From NCBI GenBank assembly GCA_021798575.1, contig JAJZGI010000004.1, forward strand, positions 845 to 64,844: a stretch of DNA of 64,000 nt, read 5' to 3'. Positions within the stretch are counted from its first letter, which is position 1; every line of letters begins with the position of its first letter. A program made the translations under genes and the position numbers. The notes under the pieces were generated by a model. The model had not been told where the DNA came from. It did no database searches and saw nothing but the letters and a program-made list of their open reading frames with translations. This document shows positions 58,531-64,000 of this stretch, one piece after another. Source of the DNA: Pseudomonadota bacterium (GTDB lineage: Bacteria; Pseudomonadota; Alphaproteobacteria; Acetobacterales; Acetobacteraceae).

Positions 58531-59160
58531 TTATTTCATGCGAGCTTTGAGGGAGGCCACCGCCGCGCGAATTTCCTCCGCCGCCTGGGTCAGCGGGCCT
58601 GCCTCGGTTACGCCCAGCCCATCGGCGAAGGCATTGGCATAGCCGGCGCGGTTGGCCAGCGCGACCTCCAGCAGCGTGAGCCCGCGCGCGGCAATCTCCG
58701 CCTCCATACGTTTGCGCAGGCGAGAGGCCGCTGGCGCACGGTTGAAAATGAGCACCGCCGGGCGTTTTTCCTCCGCCGCCAACCGCAGCGTGCCTTCGGC
58801 GGCCCATAGGTCCGGCGGTGCGGGGTTGAGCGGGATCAGCACGAGGTCCGCCGCCCGCACGGCGCGCCGCGCGTCGCTGTCGGTCACCGGCGGCGTGTCG
58901 ATCAGCACATAGTCATGCGCGGCCTTGAGTTTTTCCAATTCGCTGGCCAACCGCCAGCCGGCCACCGTGGCTAAGGTGAGGCCCGGCGCAGCCTTGGGTG
59001 CGCTGGCGCGCAGCTTGCCCCATATGGTCAGGCTGCCCTGCGGGTCGATGTCCATCACCGCCACGCTGGCGGACTCGACCAGCGCTACCGCAAACTGCGC
59101 CGTAAGCATGGTCTTGCCGGAGCCACCCTTTTGCTGTGCAACCGCGATAACCTTGCCCAT
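58531..59160 (-). CDS. ParA/MinD-family ATPase, orphan (209 aa)
   Basis: Deviant Walker A: KGGSGKT. IDTPP Walker B-like region. Start placed at MGKVIAVAQQ; the longer ORF to 59376 is rejected. Confidence 0.85.
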   Translation of the reverse strand: MGKVIAVAQQKGGSGKTMLTAQFAVALVESASVAVMDIDPQGSLTIWGKLRASAPKAAPGLTLATVAGWRLASELEKLKAAHDYVLIDTPPVTDSDARRAVRAADLVLIPLNPAPPDLWAAEGTLRLAAEEKRPAVLIFNRAPAASRLRKRMEAEIAARGLTLLEVALANRAGYANAFADGLGVTEAGPLTQAAEEIRAAVASLKARMK

Positions 59161-59221
59161 ATGGATCTCTCCTGCTTCAGAGTTAGTAAACCGTACATAG
59201 AGCCGAAAGGCCAAGCATTTT

Positions 59222-60565
59222 ATGGATGAGCTTTTAACGTCGCTGGAGATGGCAAGGGCCGACGCGCTGGCGGGCGATGGCCCCGCGCTCATGGAAGCCG
59301 CCGGGCGGGCGGTGGCGCGCGCCATCATCCAGCGCACCCCGCCGTGCCGCACCCTCGTGCTGGTCGGCCCGGGCAATAATGGCGGGGACGGAAGGGTGGC
59401 GGCGCGCTACCTCGCGCACACGGGCTGGCCGGTGGCGGTGCAGGAGGTCGCCAGCGCCAGCCCGGCGCAGGTGGCGCGGGCGGAACTGGTGATCGACGCG
59501 GTCTTCGGGGCGGGCCTGGCGCGGGATATCACGCCCCAGGTCGAGGCCCTGTTGCGCGCGGCCCCCCGGCTGGTTGCCATCGACATGCCGAGCGGCGTGG
59601 ATGGCGCCACCGGCCAGGTGCGCGGCTATGCGCCCCAGGCCGAGCTTACCGTCACATTCTTTCGTGCCAAGCCAGGGCATTTTCTCTATCCCGGGCGTGG
59701 CCTGTGCGGTGAACTGCTGGTGCGCGACATCGGGCTGCCCGCCGTGGTGCTGGATGAGATCCGGCCGCAGACTTGGCTGAACGGGCCCGCATTATGGTCA
59801 CCCCTGCCGATACGCAGCGCGGTTGCGCATAAATACAGCGCGGGCGATGTCACCGTGTTGTGCGGCAGCATGCCGGGTGCCGCGCGGCTGGCCTGCGCGG
59901 CGGCACGCCGCGCAGGGGCGGGCGTGGTAACCCTGGCCGCCGAGGCGCCGATGGTTCTGCCCGAGGCGGGGTTGATCGTCCGCGCGGAGCCGCTGGCGGA
60001 CTTGCTGGCGGACCCGCGTCGCCGCGTTTTCATCTGCGGGCCGGGGCTTGGCACCACGGCGGGAGAAAGACTGGCAGCGCTGATCGCGGCGGGAGATCGT
60101 ATCATCGTCGCGGATGCCGATGCGCTCAGCGCCTGCACCGCCGCGCCTGAAAAACTCCGTGGCACCGCCGTCATCACCCCTCACGCGGGCGAGTTCGCCC
60201 GGGTGTTCGGCGCCATCGGGCGCGACCGCCTGGCCGCCGCCCGGAGCGCCGCGCAGCAATGCGGCGCGGTGGTGGTGTTGAAAGGCGCGGACAGTATCAT
60301 CGCCGCACCCGATGGCCGCGCCGTGATCAACGCCAACGCGCCGCCCTGGCTCGCCACCGGCGGCACGGGCGATGTACTGGCGGGAATTATCGCGGCACTG
60401 CTGGCGCAGGGCATGGAAAATTTCATGGCCGCCTGTGCCGCGGTGTTTCTGCACGGTGCCGCGGCGCAACGCCTCGGCCCTGGGCTGCTGGCCGAGGATA
60501 TTCCGCCAGCACTCGGCCCTGTTATGGCGGGTTTTGTACCCCGCACGCCCCAAGCAGGCCGGTGA
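59222..60565 (+). CDS. nnr: Bifunctional NAD(P)H-hydrate repair enzyme (epimerase + ADP-dependent dehydratase)
   Basis: GPGNNGGDG in the YjeF_N domain and GTGDVLAG in the C-terminal kinase-fold domain. Confidence 0.88.
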   Translation: MDELLTSLEMARADALAGDGPALMEAAGRAVARAIIQRTPPCRTLVLVGPGNNGGDGRVAARYLAHTGWPVAVQEVASASPAQVARAELVIDAVFGAGLARDITPQVEALLRAAPRLVAIDMPSGVDGATGQVRGYAPQAELTVTFFRAKPGHFLYPGRGLCGELLVRDIGLPAVVLDEIRPQTWLNGPALWSPLPIRSAVAHKYSAGDVTVLCGSMPGAARLACAAARRAGAGVVTLAAEAPMVLPEAGLIVRAEPLADLLADPRRRVFICGPGLGTTAGERLAALIAAGDRIIVADADALSACTAAPEKLRGTAVITPHAGEFARVFGAIGRDRLAAARSAAQQCGAVVVLKGADSIIAAPDGRAVINANAPPWLATGGTGDVLAGIIAALLAQGMENFMAACAAVFLHGAAAQRLGPGLLAEDIPPALGPVMAGFVPRTPQAGR

Positions 60566-61610
60566 GCTCTCGGATCACGGGGAATACCTCCTGGTTCCAG
60601 TTCGCCCCCTGGGCGTCGTGCGCGGCCTGCTCGGCCTCCACAATCCAGCGGTCCTCCTTGAAGATCCGCTCCGTGAAGGCGACGAGAAACGGCCAGCCCG
60701 CCGCCAGCAGGCTGCGCCCGAGGATGCCGCCTGGTTTATGGATCGAGAGCAGGCCAAAGGTGCGGATGCGCCGCTGCTCCGCATCCAGCGGCACATAGAC
60801 GATCCACAGATCCATCACCGGCTCGGTGCCGCCAGCGGGTACAATACGGAGCGTCTGGTACGGGTATTCCGTGCGAATCGTCATCACGTCCTGGTCGTTG
60901 ACCTCCGCGCTGCGCTTGCCGCCAAAAATCGCCGCCTCGCCCAGCGGCTGTTTGCCGGCGGTCCGGGCAAAGGTATATTGCACCTCCAGCCAGTCCCCAC
61001 CCATCCGACGCCCCAGGTAGCGCGGGCGGATCTGTCCCATCTGCCTGCGGTGTAGGAACTGATGGTTCATATCCATCAGATTCTCATGCATGAAGGAGTA
61101 GTGGCACGCGACCTCCCGGCCGAACCGCCGCGTGCGGTACGCGGGATCGGAGGCGGCGGAGAGATCGGGGAAATTATCCGACCGCGCCGCATCGCCGGGA
61201 AAAATGAAGACCAGCCCGGCTTCCTCGCGGCAGGGATAGGATTTCACGCCATTGGGCAATTTGCCTTTGCCCAAATAGGGCACGTCTATGCACTTTCCCT
61301 CGGCGTCATAGGTCCAGCCATGATAACCGCAGCGGATGGCACAACCCTGGACCACGCCCGCGGCCAGCGGCACCTGGCGGTGCGCGCAGCGGTTGGCCAG
61401 CGCGAATACCTTGCCCGCCTTGGGGCGCACGAGCACAATAGGCTCCCCCGCGAACTGCACGGCGAGCGTCTTGCCCGCCTTCAACTCACGCCCCCACGCC
61501 ACGGGATACCAATGGTCCGGATGGATCTTCACCCGCCTCGTATCCAGCACCGGGCCGCTGATGGATGGAACCTCAGCCGTGTCGTCGGTGTTCAGAATGA
61601 TCGAGTCCAT
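60522..61610 (-). CDS. Rieske 2Fe-2S oxygenase (alpha-subunit-like / PaO-type)
   Basis: Rieske motif CAHRQVPL ... CGYHGWTYD. Start placed at MDSIILNTDD. Confidence 0.8.
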   Translation of the reverse strand: MDSIILNTDDTAEVPSISGPVLDTRRVKIHPDHWYPVAWGRELKAGKTLAVQFAGEPIVLVRPKAGKVFALANRCAHRQVPLAAGVVQGCAIRCGYHGWTYDAEGKCIDVPYLGKGKLPNGVKSYPCREEAGLVFIFPGDAARSDNFPDLSAASDPAYRTRRFGREVACHYSFMHENLMDMNHQFLHRRQMGQIRPRYLGRRMGGDWLEVQYTFARTAGKQPLGEAAIFGGKRSAEVNDQDVMTIRTEYPYQTLRIVPAGGTEPVMDLWIVYVPLDAEQRRIRTFGLLSIHKPGGILGRSLLAAGWPFLVAFTERIFKEDRWIVEAEQAAHDAQGANWNQEVFPVIRELTGLLGACGVQNPP

Positions 61611-61699
61611 GCAGAGCTTCCCCAAGACCAATATGCGATACGCGCGGCTTGGGACGACCATGCCAGAGTTTTACCCGCTAGAATATAGCCGTGGGTTCG

Positions 61700-63166
61700 C
61701 TACTTCAGATACTCACCGAGGCTGGCGCGAACACTGCTGATCACATCCTCCCACGCGCCCGGCTCTGCCTGACGAAACAGCAGCCCGGTGGGATACCACG
61801 GGCTGTCCGCCCGCTCCATCAACCAGCGCCAATCGGCGTGAGCGGCCAGTAAAAGCAGCGTCGGCTTGCCCATGGCACCGGCCAGATGGGCAAAGGAGGT
61901 GTCGCTGGTGATCACGACATCGCAATGCGCGAGCAATGCAGCGGTATCGCCAAAATCCGCCAGATCATCGCCCATCAGCCGGACATTTTTATGTGCTGCA
62001 AGAATTTCGCGCTCCGCCGCCGAGAGCTCTTTTTGCGCACAGAGGAACTCCGCCGCGGTGCCGAATATCGCCTGGAACTGCTCAAGCGGGACGAGACGGC
62101 TGGCATTGCCGGGGAATTTCGGGTTGCCCTTCCAGACGAAACCGATGCGCTTGCGTCGGCTGCTTCCCAGACGCTTGCGCCAGGTTGAAACACGCTCTGG
62201 GTCAGGCAGAATATAGGGCGTATCCTGCGGCAGAGTCTCGATGCCCATGTCCAGTGCCAGCGGCAGGCTCATCAGCGGACAATGCAGATCGAAATTCGGC
62301 AGACCGGTGCCCATGCCGACGACCTCCCCAAAGCCCGGCAAGCCATGAAACAGCGAGAACAGTGGCGTAAAAACCTCGAACACCACCCGCGCGCCGCGCG
62401 CCGCAAGCATGGGCACAAAACGTGCAAACTGGATGACATCGCCCAGCCCCTGTTCAGGGTGCACCAGAATCGTGCGGCCTTCGATCGAGGTGCCGCCGAA
62501 CCAGAGCGGTCGGCCCGTGTAATGGCGCACCGGCACACCCGCCTTGCCCGCCGCCCAGCGCCATTCATACAGCGGCCAGCCCGCTTCATCATCACCCTGG
62601 CGAAGCAATAGCAGCGCCTTGTTCCAGTAGGCGGAGGGATCGTTCGGGTCGGCGCTGATAGCGGCGTCATAGCTTTCGGCGGCGCCCTGCATATCGCCCA
62701 GCGCTTCCAGCGCGATTCCGAGGTTGGAATAGGCCATGAGCGGCGATGGCGGATGCGCGATCGCCAGCCGGTTGCTCGCCACCGCGGCCTCCAGGTCACC
62801 CTGGCCGTGCTGGATGACACCGCAATTATAATGCGCCTCACCAAAAGCCGGGTCGACCTTCAGCGCCTGTTTGAAACAATCGAGCGCGCGATCGGCCCGG
62901 CTCAGCCCGTTCCACGCGACACCCAGCAGCAGCCAGCTCCGCGCATGTGCTGGCTCCAGGCGCAATACCGCCTCGAAATCCCGGATCGCCTCCTCAAACG
63001 CCCCGCCATTGAGGCGCAGGCTGCCAAGCTCGAACCTGGCGGGCCAGAATCGTGCATCCTGCGCCAACGCGCGCTCAAAAAGTGCTGCGGCCGCCTGGCG
63101 GTCTCCCTTTTGTTGCAGCGCCAGCGCGCGCTGGTGGCACGCCTTGGCATCCGCCGCAGGCTGCAT
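61700..63166 (-). CDS. TPR-repeat protein with C-terminal glycosyltransferase family 9-like domain
   Basis: Several TPR units in the N-terminal half. The C-terminal half has GLGDVIQFARF ... SDTSFAHLAGAMGKPT, typical of GT9-like domains. Start placed at MQPAADAK. Confidence 0.75.
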   Translation of the reverse strand: MQPAADAKACHQRALALQQKGDRQAAAALFERALAQDARFWPARFELGSLRLNGGAFEEAIRDFEAVLRLEPAHARSWLLLGVAWNGLSRADRALDCFKQALKVDPAFGEAHYNCGVIQHGQGDLEAAVASNRLAIAHPPSPLMAYSNLGIALEALGDMQGAAESYDAAISADPNDPSAYWNKALLLLRQGDDEAGWPLYEWRWAAGKAGVPVRHYTGRPLWFGGTSIEGRTILVHPEQGLGDVIQFARFVPMLAARGARVVFEVFTPLFSLFHGLPGFGEVVGMGTGLPNFDLHCPLMSLPLALDMGIETLPQDTPYILPDPERVSTWRKRLGSSRRKRIGFVWKGNPKFPGNASRLVPLEQFQAIFGTAAEFLCAQKELSAAEREILAAHKNVRLMGDDLADFGDTAALLAHCDVVITSDTSFAHLAGAMGKPTLLLLAAHADWRWLMERADSPWYPTGLLFRQAEPGAWEDVISSVRASLGEYLK

Positions 63167-63186
63167 CGCGGCGATTCGCGCACCAC

Positions 63187-64000
63187 TCACGCGAGGCTGA
63201 GCTCCGGGAACGCGAGGCCCAGAGAACCCCAAAGCCGGGCCATGGATTCAACGCTCGCCGCCGCACGGTCGTGCCAGCCCGGATAGTCCTGCGCCTTTTC
63301 ATGCGTCAAAACTTCCTCCGGCGGCGTCTTGTTCATATGCCCAGCCCGGAAACCCCGCACCACCTCCTGCAAGGCCTGCTCACCATAGGCGATGATGCGG
63401 ATTTCATCGCGCGCGCCCAGAAACAACCCGGAGGTCGCCATGCGCGCATGAAAATTGCTCCAGCTCCGGCAGATCGCATCCAGATAATCCATCGCTGCGA
63501 TCTCCGCCATCGAATGGCCGAGCATCATGAGGTCTGTCAGCACCCAGTGCTCGATCGCGCTGCGCGCCTTGCCGGTGGGGAAGCGCCGGTCCTCCGGCAT
63601 ACCGCCGCTCTTCTCGGCAATCGAGATCGCGGCCGGCAACGGGTTGCGGATCGTGACCAGATAATCCGCCTTGCCTTGGCCGAGCAGCATCTTGAAACTG
63701 CCGCCCCAGTTGGTCAGCTTGTGCATTTTTTTCGGCACCAGCCAGTGGCCGTGCGGATGACGGGTCGTTTTGCGCCGGTAATACAGGCTGGAGATGACCA
63801 GAAACTCCGCCGCCTGGAAGATGGAATCCTGCAAATGAAAATACGGCCGGTCGCCCTTCCAGTCGTACCAGATATCACGCATCTCGGGGAATCCATCATG
63901 CGCCAGCGCCTCGGACACCCTGGTGTGGTCGAGCCCCACCGTGCGCAGCAGCTCCTTGGTGAGATAGCTGCCCCCGCTGCGCGGATAGCCGATCACGAAC
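63187..64000 (-). CDS. Sulfotransferase-like protein (N-terminus probably outside window)
   Basis: The frame is open to the window edge. VIGYPRSGGSYL resembles the PAPS 5'-phosphosulfate-binding loop. Confidence 0.5.
   Translation of the reverse strand, partial: FVIGYPRSGGSYLTKELLRTVGLDHTRVSEALAHDGFPEMRDIWYDWKGDRPYFHLQDSIFQAAEFLVISSLYYRRKTTRHPHGHWLVPKKMHKLTNWGGSFKMLLGQGKADYLVTIRNPLPAAISIAEKSGGMPEDRRFPTGKARSAIEHWVLTDLMMLGHSMAEIAAMDYLDAICRSWSNFHARMATSGLFLGARDEIRIIAYGEQALQEVVRGFRAGHMNKTPPEEVLTHEKAQDYPGWHDRAAASVESMARLWGSLGLAFPELSLA

Overview
This is a 64-kb high-GC chromosomal segment. Hand counts on single 60-nt lines give about 68% GC in core genes. It looks alphaproteobacterial: PDH E1-beta carries an N-terminal lipoyl domain, and the gene order is ftsB-pdhA-pdhB-pdhC-lpd-lipA-ratA. 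I call about 60 tightly packed protein-coding genes. I saw no rRNA, tRNA, CRISPR array, transposase or integrase.

Core genes: smc (3' part), fumC, a 3-hydroxyisobutyryl-CoA hydrolase-like gene, etfB-etfA-hbd, lipA, the PDH complex, an NAD-type formate dehydrogenase operon (fdsG-fdsB-fdsA-fdhD-fdsD) with an upstream LysR gene, asd, gyrB, ppc and nnr.

Accessory content:
- A lower-GC block (about 32.6-47.9 kb) holds a seven-gene sulfide/persulfide/thiosulfate operon: persulfide dioxygenase, two YeeE/YedE halves, DUF442, type II SQR, TauE and a fused DoxDA.
- That operon is divergently paired with a 1-Cys peroxiredoxin translationally coupled to a single-Cys ArsR regulator.
- The same block also holds an APC permease plus a stand-alone GcvT-like gene, and stress-type genes (SDR, DJ-1/PfpI, YdeP, MscS, otsA).
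- Elsewhere: a binding-protein-less ABC transporter, exopolysaccharide-type genes, a minimal histidine kinase with a receiver-only regulator, a degenerate GGT-like lipoprotein, a MazEF-like toxin-antitoxin pair, an orphan ParA, and a Rieske / TPR-GT9 / sulfotransferase cluster.

Non-coding oddities: a perfect 35-bp AT-rich palindrome upstream of pdhA, a dense array of GGAWTTTCC-type repeats between the toxin-antitoxin pair and gyrB, AT-rich palindromic boxes flanking the prx-arsR pair, and a strong orphan terminator after about 190 nt of untranslated sequence downstream of parA.

The best candidate for something undescribed is the prx-arsR module facing the pdo-sqr-doxDA operon. All function calls come from by-eye motif recognition. 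No database search was run.
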